DNA from: the human T2T-CHM13v2.0 reference genome, Homo sapiens
Reading direction: 5' to 3' (one strand)
NCBI RefSeq assembly: GCF_009914755.1
Contig: NC_060929.1
DNA length: 64,000 nt
The translations under genes and the position numbers were made by a program. The notes beneath the pieces are model-generated. The model worked only from the letters and a program-made list of their open reading frames with translations. It was not told the DNA's origin and searched no databases. Each line of letters starts with the position of its first letter. Positions within the stretch are counted from its first letter, which is position 1. Shown one piece after another: positions 1 to 13,464 of this stretch.

Positions 1-3000
1 CAGAGTGTTTCATAACATGTTAAAAACTACACTGCTAGCTAGAATCTTCTGATTTCATTCAGCTCTTCTACTTTATTAACTTACACTTGTGGAATATATT
101 CTAAAACACAAATTTTATTTAAAGAATAACTGCAAAGCTAAATAGATGATAAAATATACAATATAGAAGGGATTTTTGTTCAGTGGAAAGTATAAATCAA
201 CACACGCTTTCAGAATATTTTTTCTTTTAATGTGACAAACACAAATAAAGTGACCTGAAACTATCTATTTATCAAAACAATTTGTTGACTCTTTCCACAG
301 ACCTTTTTATAACTGTTTGTTCTGTATTAGGGTAGAGAGAGAAAGACAGGGTCTAAAATAGAAAATGATCTGAGAAATGTCTTTTTGCTAAAACGAAGCA
401 AAATAAAAGAGCCCAAGTCCTTTAAAGTAATGAAATTGATGATCTACTCATTTAAAATTACAATAGCTATAGGAATGATAAACCAACCATCAATGTCTAT
501 GTGAAAGAAATCTTTTTTTAAAGGATTTATTTTGTTTGCCTAGAAGCTAACCTCCCTTGGTGTGTGAGTGACAGCTTGGAAATTGAATTATAAATGTAGG
601 GGTGAGGATTATTTGTGGTAGGAGGTTATACTTCCCGAGGAGCATAACTGAATGGCATACCCCAGTTGGATACTTTGAGGTGACATGTAAAAGCAAGTTT
701 CAGGATTATAGAAATGTTGGTTATAGCCATATTTACTTCAGAGACATTATGAGCAGGTGGCTCAAATTTTGCTCAGTGTCTAGAAGAAGCATTCCATGAA
801 ATCCACCAACTTTGGATAAGTGAGATGCTGAAAGTCTTCTCAGAGAAATAACATATTCTTCCCAGAGAAATCTACCAAGTCTCACTTAAAAATTCTGATT
901 CAATTGTAACCAACAACCAATTACTCCTGCTAGCTTGAATTCCTGATTTTCCTAAATCAGAACTCTTATAGTCTAGTAATACAACTTTTGAGGATGTCAT
1001 TTGGAAACCTACTGATATTCTATTATAGCACTCAGATATTTGTTCTCTTCTAGATGGTGTAATATTTGATTTAAAATGCCAACATGACAAGGAGCTTTTC
1101 AAGTGCCTCTAAATCATGCAGGTAGAATCTCTGACTTTAAGAATAAAGCTGTTTATTGAAAGTATCAGTTAAAAGAATAAATCTTATTAACTCATTAACT
1201 CATATATACCAAGTACCTAGAGAGTATATATATAGCATTACTATAGGTTTTGTGGGATGTTGCAAAACATCCAAGATAAATCTCTAAAGGCACTTATCTA
1301 CTTTTGACAAGACAAAAGGACATGCAATCTCAGTAACCATGTATACACAACCGGCTCTAAAAATATCTTAACACAGGGTCTCCAGCTCAATGATTTGCTA
1401 GTGAAGCATGTGGAACTTCTGTCTGAGAGAAACAGGCTAGTGTTTTGGTTTTATTCTCCAATGTAGTCTGTACATTCATCAGTGACAACTCATCTCATGG
1501 GATATTTCAAGCCTTTATACACAAGAAACAGCCCTGCCTCCTGCTAAGTGTATTCAAATGCTACAAGCAGCTCTGCTTTGCCTGGGTAAAGGAGTTCCTT
1601 TTTTATGTTAACAAAGGTATGTGAGTTTCAGGGGTAATGTTAAAAAGGGAAAGGTCAGAGATGGATTGGAATTTAGGAGCCCCAGTCATTTAAAACAAAG
1701 CAAGAGGATCTTGATCTTCAGAAGCACTAACATACTTTGGAAAAGATGAGTGGAGGAAGAAGATGCAAGACATTAGGAATAACATCTTGAAAAGAAGATC
1801 TAAGCCTAGCACGATCTTTTTTCTAATATTCTAGAATTGATTTTAGGAAGCAAAATATTTGGGCTAGCAAAGACACACAGCTTATCAATTGAGAAATGTA
1901 AGACGTTAATGAGTTTCATTCAATCAAAGTTTGAGATAAATAAGAAAAGTAATATTTCCCAAAGGCTATTTTAGTCAATTCTGCTTGACCCTTTGTTTAC
2001 AATCAGTCTATCATTGTTATTTGGAATGCTCATTTTCTTTTTTTCCCTCTGCCCGTAAGATCATATCTCTGTACTCCGAATCCGGTAAACAGTTCCTGAA
2101 GTACTAGTTAAAATACCCTTGATCCTACTCTGAGACAGTCCTGAAAACTTAAATGAATGGTGTTTGGCAATCTCAGCTCAGTCCCCAGTAAATGTCCACA
2201 TCACAAAACCACAACCCTTAATTTTCAGTGATTGATTATCTCTGCTTAGCTTAAACTCAGGGTTGAGTCAGCCAAGGACTTTATTACCCTCCATTCCTGT
2301 GAGGGTGGTCCAGCCAGGTCAAAGTCGAGGTCAATAATAGGGCAGGAAGGTACTGCCATTGCCAGTAATCAGGACTATTCTTCACTAGAACAAAGAACTT
2401 CACTCCTCAGAGATGCTGTTTTGCACAAACAGATGTAGTCTTCACTAATGATAAAAGGCTATACTAAACTCAAACAGCATATCTGATCAAATAAAAATCT
2501 TTTCATGATCCAGGATTTGTTTATATCTTAATCTAGGAAGTAAAGTATTAAAAGTGAGTAATTTATTGGATGGTTTAAAAAACCATTGAAATTGCAAGAA
2601 TTGATTTATCAGTTAAAATATCTGTATACTAAAATTGAAGATACAGTTTTAAAAGCAGCTTTTAATTTAAAAACATAGTTATCAATAATAAACTCAAATT
2701 TAAACTTAAATGCTAGTATCATACTGTGAAACACAAATAGGTTTATAGATTTTTATAAAAAGGAAAATTTGTATTTACAACTAAAATGCAAAATCAAAAC
2801 ATCTATACTGTTTAATTTTACAAGACACATTTTAAAGTAGAAATAAATACTACTCATTGTAGGAGATTTCAGATTTTAGAACTATAGCAAAATAAGATAA
2901 CCTATTAGCGCTGAAGATATATAATTATTTCATGTGATTTTCATGGAAAATTATGACAAGAGAAATATTGATTTTCATAGTAACATTAAAACCAGACACT

Positions 3001-4574
3001 AAAATATGTATAGCAAGTTTGATTCAAAAAAGTAAATTTCGCTCTTATGTATTCTTAAATAAAAACTTTCACACGAATTACTCCACTAAATTATGAAGAG
3101 TGAATTCTTCAGTAGCTTTTTGAACCAAAAGTCATATTTTACACAAAGCATGAGTTAAATAGAATTGGATTAAAAATTTTAAAAATAATGTATCCATAGA
3201 GAAACATATAAGATAAGAGTTTAGTGGGCAGCCAAACACACCTTTATTTAAACACCACTGTTACCTTTCATGACACTGTGGCCTTGGAGAAGTTACATAA
3301 TCTTTCTGAACATTCCCCACGAGTCGGTGAGCTAGGGTAGAGAAGGTATAGAAAATAATTTCTACCATATAGCATTGTTGTAAAGGATCAAATTATTTCA
3401 CAGATATAAAACATATGATACATGTTTGTTCCACAAATATTAGTTTCCTTTTTCATGCAAAGCATTCATATAGATAGATGGCTTTACAAAAAAAGGAGTT
3501 AAAGACTTTAAGTCAAAATGTAGTGAATGTTTTCCAAGTTTATAATCTCATCTTTTTCAGTAGTTAATTTTCTAGGTAACATTGAATTGAGTGAACATAA
3601 TTTTAATTTTGTATTATCCATCAATGTGAAGCTTAGTTGTAATTTAATTTATTATAACAATTTAATCTATTGGCTGGTAGGCCGTGAATATTTTTTCCTG
3701 TTGCTGTGATATGAGGTAGTGTGGCTGTATCCACAGTGATAGAATGAATGAACCCAGGATTGCCTTCACAGTTCATCTCACCATCTTAATCTGTGTAAAC
3801 CACTGCAAACGCAGTTTAGGAGCAGCAGTGAAGGCATATACTTGTGACAACCAAAACGGATCAATAATTTTCTGATTCTCTTGAGAGACCTACAGAGAAG
3901 ATTTTTAAAATTTTATTTGTTTTAAAGAAAAACAGTTACATCCTATCAAGGTTTTCCAAACTCCATTTGATAAATAACTTCATTAGATACCAAAAGTTCT
4001 TTTACTTTTTGTCTATTTTTGCATTTCCAACCTAAAAGTAGAGCACAGTTGTAATAAAAGTTTATAAAGACATTATAGAGGTGCAGAAAATAACAAGTGA
4101 GGGTCCTATAACTTCCAACCCTACTTTCCTCAGATAAGTATTATAAGATAGTATGTAATATTTATCTCTCAGTGTTTTAGGTGCACATAAAAATATATAT
4201 TCTTAAGTATTTCATGCAAATTTATGATTACATATGTTTCTGTATGTATGTATATGCACATATGGGGGTGTGCGCATGTGTGTGTATACATACAGAACTA
4301 TTATAGAACTTTACAGTATTACAAAATTTTGGTCATTTAATATAAATAAGGGGCTGGGTTGAAATCTGGGGTTCTCCTTGTGATTTCAGGTAAGTTACTC
4401 AACCTCTTTGTGTTTCGGTTTACACACGTTATAATGGTATGATAAGGAGAAATTTCCTAAGGTAATGTAAAGTTTCTAGCATATGTCTGCTTAGTAATAT
4501 TAGCTATTATTATTATTTCATATTAGTATATATAGCTTTCTAAAAGAAGTTTGCTTTCAGATTTACCTTTTTAA

Positions 4575-4780
4575 TGTATTTATTATATATATAATAGTTG
4601 TACATATTTATGCAACACGTGATATTTGGACACAAGCATACAGTGTACACAATTACACATTGTATTCTTGTATCAAAATGTCACATGTACCCTTATCCCA
4701 ATCAGAGTAATTGGGATATCCATCATCTCAAGCACTAATAATTTCTTTGTGTTAGGAACAGTCCAATTTCACTCTTAGTT
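4575..4780 (-). mobile_element. L1MA-type 3' end fragment
   Basis: Matches reverse complement of the L1MA 3' UTR (ttgtacatattt...gggatatccatcatctcaagca...tttgtgttaggaaca); similar sequence occurs on + at 10312-10730. Confidence 0.7.
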
Positions 4781-4892
4781 TTTGTTATTTTTATGCTGCA
4801 TAGTACTGAATAGTTATACCATATTTATTTATCCATCCTTCTACTGATGGGCTTTTGTATTTGGTTCATTTTTTGTTATTATAAAGAAAGTA

Positions 4893-5198
4893 GGTCAGGC
4901 ATGGTGGCTCACGCCTGTAATCCCAGCACGGTGGGATGCTGAGGCGGGCAGATCACGAGGTCAAGAGATTGAGACCATCCTGGCTAACACGGTGAAACCC
5001 TGTCTCTACTAAAAATACAAAAAATTAGCCAGGTCTAGTGGCACGTGCCTGTAGTCCCAGCTACTTGGGAGGCTGAGGCAGGAGAATCACTTGAACCCGG
5101 GAGACGGAGGTTTCAGTGAGCCGAGATAGCGCTACTACACTCCAGCCTGGGTGACAGAGCAAGACTTTGTCTCAAAAAAAAAAAAAAAAAAAAAAAAA
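4893..5198 (+). mobile_element. AluS (Sc-like)
   Basis: Full dimeric Alu with poly-A tail; TSD aaagaaagta on both sides. Confidence 0.95.
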
Positions 5199-5455
5199 GA
5201 AAGTAATAATGATGTAGGTAAGGCAAAATTTTACCTCCACTTTTTTGGCATTCATTTTCTGTCTAGGACTGGGAATTAAATTGATATAAGATGGATTGGC
5301 AGAAGAAAAACATATATTTATTTGATACAACTTTTATGTGGCATGGGAGCCTTCATAAGGAAATGACGATCCATAGAGACAGAGTTGAACACTTATACAC
5401 TGAAGGGGACAAACAATAGTAAGTTATGAAAAAGCAACAAAATTATGTGGGGAAG

Positions 5456-6025
5456 TATATTAGCCAGGGTTCTCTAGGAGGACAGAACAAATAGGATATA
5501 TGTATCTGTGAGAGGGAGTTTATTAAGGAGAATTGACTCGCATGATCACAAGTTAAAGTCCCACGATAGGCTGTCTGCAAGTTGAGGAGTAAGGAAGCTG
5601 GTGGTGGATCAGTCCTAGTTCCAAAACCTCAAAAGTAGGGAAGCCGACAGTGCAGCCTTCAGTCTGTGGCCAAAGGCCTGAGAGGCCTTGGCAAACAGCT
5701 GGTGTAAGTCCAAGAGTCCAAAAGCTGAAGAATTTGGAGTCTGATGTTCAAGGGCAGGAAGCACCCAGCATGGGAGAAAGATAAAGACCAGAATACACAG
5801 CAAGTCTAGTCCTTCCATGTTCTTCTGCCTGCTTTATTCTAGCCACGCTGGCAGCTGATTAGATGGTGCCCACCCAGACTAAGGGTGGGTCTGCCTCTCC
5901 TAGTCCACTGACTCAAATTTTAATCTCCTTTAGCAACCCCCTCATAGACACACCCAGTCTTCACATCTTCCAATGCTTCACATCCTCCAATCCAATCAAG
6001 TTGACACTCAATATTAACCATCACA
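5456..6025 (-). mobile_element. MLT2A (ERVL) solo LTR
   Basis: Ends in ttgacactcaatattaaccatcaca, the reverse complement of the MLT2A start TGTGATGGTTAATATTGAGTGTCAA; 5-bp TSD ggaag/ggagg. Confidence 0.9.
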
Positions 6026-6150
6026 GGAGGCTATAAGAAAAGATATATGCAAATTTTTTTAACCAGGTATATACAAACTTATCTCTGTCTCAGCTTCCTG
6101 CCCTTGATGATAAGAATGTTGCTTTCCTTCTGGTACAGAAAGGGCATCTT

Positions 6151-6224
6151 GTCTGTGACCATACCAGCGTTGCTGTGCCTGATCTCAGAAGCTAAGCAGA
6201 GTTGGGCCTGGTTAGTACTTGGAT
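6151..6224 (+). pseudogene. RNA5SP: 5S rRNA retropseudogene, 3'-truncated, no poly-A
   Basis: gtctgtgaccatacc...gatctcagaagctaagcagagttgggcctggttagtacttggat aligns to 5S rRNA nt 1-~84; flanked by TSD tacagaaagggcatctt / tacagagggcatctt. Confidence 0.92.
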
Positions 6225-7229
6225 TACAGAGGGCATCTTTCACATGAAAGTCTCATCTCCTTCTCTCAAGAAACAGGAGAAAGGTCAGAAAGCTCTTCCT
6301 TCACCTGCTGTTTTTAAAGTGCCTTTAGTTCAAAATTATTCTTAGGCCAAAGTGGTGTATTTTGGGGCAGTGTGCTCTGAACTCCTTTAATTAACTAACT
6401 TGAAGATAATTATTTGCATGTTACAGTAAATGTGTCCATTTATAACAATTTACTAGAAGTAGAACTGCTAAATTAAACAACATGCACATTTACAATTTTG
6501 AAAGATATTGTTGAGTTATCCTCCCAAAACATACTGTATTAGAATACCAGAAACGGTATAGAATATCTATTTGCCCAAACTATCCACAACTCTAGCTAAT
6601 GTCAATAATTTTAATATTTATAAATATATTAAATGAAATGAAAATAAGTTTATCTATTTTATTATCAGTTATATCAAATATCTGTTCATGAATGTATTAA
6701 TAATAGCCACCTGCCTTTTTGTCTTTCATATTTTCCTGTTTTTCTAACCCATTCAAATCCTTTGCCTCTTTTTTCTCTTTAAGATTTTTATCTTTGAATT
6801 CTTAGTAATTAGTCAGAGCTCTTTATATACTATTTATCCTTTAATTAAAAAAAATAAACAATCTTGGCAGTATTCTCAGTCACTTCTTTCCGCTAACAAT
6901 AGTTACAAATCAAGTTGAGGCTCCCAATTTTAAAATATCCCATATGGGCATGTATATATTTAATTAAAATCATATGACTGTTGTTTTACATATATATATA
7001 CACATATATACTTTTTAAATTTGTTTGTTTTGTTTTTTTGTTTTGCCTAGAACTGATCCATTATTTCTTTGGTCACTTTTGTGAAATCAATATGGAAGAC
7101 CTAAGGATTCCTAAGTTAATAGTTTTATTTAGGCTTATTTAATTTTTTCATTTGGGTTCCACAATAGGGATAATTTATTTTGTATTTGAGTAATTTGATT
7201 TTTCTCTGTTTTAGGAAAAAATTTTTATA

Positions 7230-7940
7230 CTGTAGCCAGGGTGATCTTTCTAAACCACAAATATGATTTTTGTGTACAATCCTTTAGCCACTTTTATTTG
7301 CAAATGCTTAAGACAGCTTACAGCCGAGCTACTTAAAGTGCTATACGAGAAGGGGCAGCAACAACATCATCTGAGGCCTAATTAGAAATGCCAGTTGTAG
7401 AGCCCTAGCACAGGCCTACTGAATCAGAATTGACATTGAAGTTTCAGAAGCATTGAGCAGGATCTTGAACGAACTGAATGCCCAGTCTTTTTTTCTGGCT
7501 TCAATTCGGCTTGCTTTCTTGTTGATCACTGTTCTCCAATGATACTGGTTTTCTTACAGCTAAATATTCTCTTCTATTTCAAGTATTCACCATATTTTCC
7601 CTTTGCTGGAAATAATATTTTTCTCCTTTTGTTTTATTAAATTTTACTCCTAATTTAGCTTACAACATAAATGTTACTTCCTTATGGGAATCTTCCTCCG
7701 CCATGAATCCATACCCTTCTTTATTCTGTGTTCTAATATTTCCATGTACTTTTGATTAGGATTTGCTTTGGGGATTCTTAAATCTACCAACATCTGAACC
7801 CCTGCTAATTGCTAATCATAGGAGACTGTGCCTTGTTTTGGTTGATGCTTAAATCTTCAGATTCTATCAGAGTACTTGATGCATATTGAGCCTATAATAA
7901 ATATTGCTTGAATGAATGAATGAATGAATGAATGAATGAA
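7230..7940 (+). mobile_element. L2 3' end with (TGAA)n tail, interrupted by MER5A-like element (~7321-7457)
   Basis: L2-like 3' UTR ending aataaatattgcttgaatgaatgaa...; MER5A-like core attagaaatgc...cctactgaatcagaa. Confidence 0.65.
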
Positions 7941-10039
7941 TCCTCCCTAAAGTGTTTACTCACTATTTTGGGAGTCACCAAGCTCAAGGGTCACTTCCCA
8001 AATAAAGTCTTCTCTGGCTTCCTCCTTTTTCTCAGGATGTTGGATGTGTCTCATTGTCTGCCTTTTTGGCATTCCTTGTTCTGATATTTTCTTTTGCATC
8101 TTATTTTAACCAGTTGTTTAACCACTTTTTCTGTTTATCCTTGAAAGTAGAGAGACTCTCTCAGTCTCTTTCTCTCTCAACTCCTTTTTTTTTTATTCTT
8201 AATAAAAGATTGGAGCATATCAGATCTTCAAATACAACATTATAAATTAAATACACTTTAAGCCAGACTCTGTCATAAGTCTGTTTTGACAGTTAACCCC
8301 TGCATTTTGATTTGCTCACTTTCAAAATGGAAGCAATTTGAGGGAACTTTCTGGAGGAAGATGTTCTATATTTCAGTTGTGGTGGTGGATAGCTAATGTT
8401 ACAAGATGAACAAAACTCATCAAAGTGTACTTAAAATGGGTGAATTTTATGTAAGTAAGTTACAACTCAACGTAGTTAGAGGAGAAATAAAGACAAGAAA
8501 CTAAATCTTGAAATAGTGACCCAATGATTATTTTTGGTTCGAGCTTAGGGTGGGTTTTAATTTTTTCTAATTTATTTTAAATGAACCTGAACACCTTTAA
8601 GCCTAGTGCTCAGTTCTATCTCCCACAGAACCCCCTCTATAACTATCTTACACCAGATTAGATTCTCATTCTTATTTAACTCGCAGACTCAAAGCTCTTT
8701 TTTCCAGTCCCCTGTATAAGCAAATTTTTATGATTTTGCTTCCACAAACATTAGATCACTATCAAGGGTCACTGCTGAATATTATACCCACCTGAGGACG
8801 ATGTAAATCAATTTTCTAATTAAGTGACTTTACTAAGTTATATGCCCTCCCCTACACCCTGAGGATTTGTTTGTATTTAATCACTGTGGCCTAAGTGCAA
8901 CTTTGAATAAATGAACTGTATTTTAAAATTTAGCTGCATGTTCACATTGTTTTTGTACATTATAGAAAGACCATCAATTTTTTTTTCCTATGATGATTAA
9001 AGCATAAATCTTGTCAGGCTGAGTGTACTATATACACAAACATATATCCTTTTATATATACATATTCATATATATACATATATAAGAATATACCTATATA
9101 TGATACTCTTGTGTATACTTTTAATATATTATATACTCATTCTAACACAATCTATTTCCAGTTTATATTAATCTTTTATTATTAATGTAAGAAGTTTGTT
9201 TCACATTGAATGTGATATTAGAAACGTGCCATTATTTAGAACTCAAGAGACACCTGTCAGGTTTTGCAGGTGGGGTATTTTTAATTTTATTAAGCCAGGA
9301 AATTGTTTTTCCTTCCACATGTTTGTCTCCTTATCTGTCATCCCATCTTACACTTCCAAATCCATCCTGACTCTAATAGGCTGAGATGATTAATCATCAT
9401 AGAAGCTGGCATGCAGAACACAGAGCAATCAAGAGAAAAGGAAACAAAGGGGCCGGGGTGTTATGCAGCCACCTTTGATAAATACAAGAAGAGGACACCT
9501 CACATTTCAAATTACAAAAGAAGAATTTTGTTGTAATCTTATAAAAAGATACTTTCACCCTTATTTGTTAATTATCTTCAGAAAATCATCTCCCCTGACA
9601 CAATCTGGGTAACCTGGATAATAGCATATTACATGTATTATAAAAATTAAAATATAAATAACTTACAAATCAGTCTTATTTTCCTTCACAGAAAAGCCAA
9701 ACAGTAATTTCTGTGGTTAATAATATAAAACATTCATTCTACATTAAAAAATAGATTATTTTTAATGTTACTAAGAAAAATATGTAAATTCAATTTATTC
9801 TATAAAACATCTTGAAACATTTTTCTATTAAAGATACTGGTGTTAATTTCAGCAAAAACAAGAGAGGCATTTCCTGCCTCTCTAAGATAATGAAGAAGTT
9901 ATTCTAGTCAGTAACAAGTCATTTCACTTCTGAGTTTTAGGTTACTTATCTGAAGAATAAAAATACTGGTCCTATTTTCTCTGGGAGTATGTTATTAACT
10001 TCACACTCTCTCCAGGATTGGGTAGATTCAGACGTCTTA

Positions 10040-10217
10040 AAAGTGATTCCTGAACTTGGCTGCATGCCAGAATCAACTGGATAATTATGAAGAATGCAGA
10101 TTCCTGGGTTCTCTCCAGCCTCACAGAATCAGCATTTGAACGAAATAATATTTTTACACAAGCCCGGCCATTGATAATGAAGTATTCTTGGCCTCAGACT
10201 AAAACTTATAAACCACT
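10040..10217. mobile_element. MER5A-like hAT-Charlie MITE
   Basis: cttggctgcatgccagaatcaactgg...aatgcagattcctgggt...aaccact resembles the MER5A core and termini. Confidence 0.6.
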
Positions 10218-10311
10218 TTTATTTTGGAATGCTTAAGAAATGTAAAGACCTGAGCTCAACGCTCAAATTTTGGAGTAGTAGCAGAGTGAAGAAGAGGAAA
10301 AAAACATGTAT

Positions 10312-10730
10312 AACTGAAATAAGCCAGACACAGAAAGACAAATATCACATGTGGTCACTCATATGTGGGAGCTAAAAAAAAAAAAATTGATCTCATGGAG
10401 ATAGAGAGTAGAATGATGGTTACCAGAGACTGGGGAAGGTAGTGGGGAGGGGGATAAGGAGTAGATGGTTAATGGGCACAAATATACAGTTAGATGGAAT
10501 AAGATCTAATGTTTTGTAGCACATTAGGTAACTATAGTTAAAAATAATATATTTCAAAAAAGTTAGAAGACTGAAATTGGAATATTCCTAACACAAATAA
10601 GTGATAAATGCTTGAGATGATGGATATCCCAATTACCCTGATTTGGTCATTGCACATTGTATACATGTATCAAGATATCAAATATAGCCCATAAATAGGC
10701 ACAATTATATATTCATGAAATTTTTAAAAA
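10312..10730 (+). mobile_element. L1MA-type 3' end
   Basis: gaaataagccagacacagaaagacaaata...gagagtagaatgatggttaccagag...gatggatatcccaattaccctgatttg, typical L1MA 3' UTR. Confidence 0.88.
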
Positions 10731-11677
10731 TGAAGCAAAAACATAAAGAATAAAAAAGTAGGAAAAATAAAGAAGAGTAGGCACTCAAAATTGAAATTAT
10801 TAAAGACAGAGGTAACAAGGACATTTTATCAGCTATTTTTAAATGAGTACACTTGTCTCTGTTGGCTGCTTTGCATTCAGTGACAATCATCTGTAAAGGT
10901 AGGGGCACTCGTAAGACAATACTACCTACTTCATCTCTTCTCCCTGATGATTCACAAATTTACCAGCAGATATTTTTTTTGAAATAATTTCCTAAAAAGG
11001 AGGGAAGGGGAAAAAGAAGATAATAAAGAAACAGCCCCATATGCTTAGGAAAAAAAGAGAAAAACAAAAACAGTTGAGATAAGTCAAATACTAAAAAAAA
11101 CTCACCTTATTCATCAGTGAGTATGGAGCATTCTAATCGTTGACTTAAAAGAAAAAAGCCAAGCCAATAAGTGAGTGAGTGGGTGGAAGTATAAGGGGAG
11201 TATGTTATGTGAGGCATGGGTGAGTCAGTGTGTGTTCACTCAGTGAGTGTGTGAATGAACCAAGAAGCTGGAGAAGCTGGAGGAGAGAGAAGAGATGAGA
11301 AAATGAAAAGTCAAGTGTAGAAAGAAAGCAGGAAAGGGAAGAGATAAAAGAGCTACAGCACTTGTGAGAATGCATGGAAAAAGAGGCTTTGGTAGATAAA
11401 ATGAGAAGGAAAAGTCCAGAGAGTGAGAGAAAACTAAAGGAAAGAGAAGGCTTCAATTTCTGTCTGGTGATGGTGGCAGAGGTGTGGTGAGCTCCCCACA
11501 ACTCCCTGCCCTTGACTTAATTCATACCAATCTGTATCTTCTTGGGAGATGTACAACCCAGGCCTAACCCTGAATTTGTTGTGTCAGCAAAAACCAAATC
11601 TTTCTTTTTTCTTTCTTGTGTATGTAAGGGACACCTGGGCACCACCTTATGGACCATTATTAGAATATACAGTATGT

Positions 11678-12090
<413 letters not shown>

Positions 12091-13107
12091 TGAAGGTTAG
12101 CCCACCAGGACAAGCTTGCAATCTGGAAGGTCCTTGCTAAGCAGTTACTGTTCCTGAATTTTCATCTGGTTGTGGTATTTTTTTCACAATCTTGATTAAT
12201 ATTCCATGTCTTCCAGCCACAATCAGAAATATATATACCATACTATTATGTTCCTAAAGCCTTTCAACTTAAAGAGAGTAACATAAAAAACAATGACTCA
12301 ATATAGTATTTGTCTTGTGTGATACAAAGGCTCTAAGTGGGAAGTTTATGAAACCCACAGATTGAGTAATTTGTTGACAAGAAGTAAATCTATATAATTC
12401 TGTGACTTTACTAGAGCAATTGTGTAATATGTCATAATGCTTGTCTACGATAATGACAGCTCTTAATTATTGGGTCCTAATAAATGCCTAGTATTCTCCC
12501 AAACATGCTTCATTCTTTAAATTTTCTTAGCAATATAGCTATTATGGTCTCCTTTTTAAAAATGTGGAAACTGAAATTCAATGATACAGTAATTTGCCCA
12601 AGCGAGGTAGCTAGGAAGTAACAAAGTCAAAATTCAAACTAAAGTCTGACTTCATAGTCTGCGCTAATTCCATTATATTAAGCTTCCTGACCAAGATAGC
12701 TCAAAAAGCTAAGATATTTATTAACATACTCAGATAATGAAGGTTTGCTATTTGATGTTGACATAGCATCATATATGTACATATAGTTAGTGATTCACAG
12801 TTAACAAGATGTGTGCCTGTAAAATTGTTTTGTAACTTTAGCAGACAAATAATTTCTGTGCAAATCTGTCATCTAAAATAGTTTACTAAGTTACTATAAC
12901 TAAATTTGAGGATAAGGATATGACTTTCCAATTTCCAGCCTGGCAGTTGATGATAAATCAAGTAATGCTAGGTTGAAGCAAGATCAGAGCATAACTTTTA
13001 TTATTTGCTTATTATTATTATTATTTAGTGTGTGCTAATAGTGTGTGCTAATACCAGTGTCCCACACAAATTAAAACCAATTAGAAAATGTTAAAGACCA
13101 AAAGCTG

Positions 13108-13464
<357 letters not shown>

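Larger units (their letters stand above)
5213..6389 (-). mobile_element. ERV1 solo LTR (MER67/MER31-like), interrupted by MLT2A and a 5S pseudogene
   Basis: Right end ccaaagtggtgtattttggggcagtgtgctctgaactccttt is the reverse complement of the MER67/MER31-type 5' end (TGAAGG...CCCCAAAATATGCCACTTTGG). Confidence 0.65.

Noticed and set aside
11205-11501. 98-aa Leu/Ser/Phe-rich ORF
   Set aside because: Product of a purine-rich low-complexity tract read on the opposite strand
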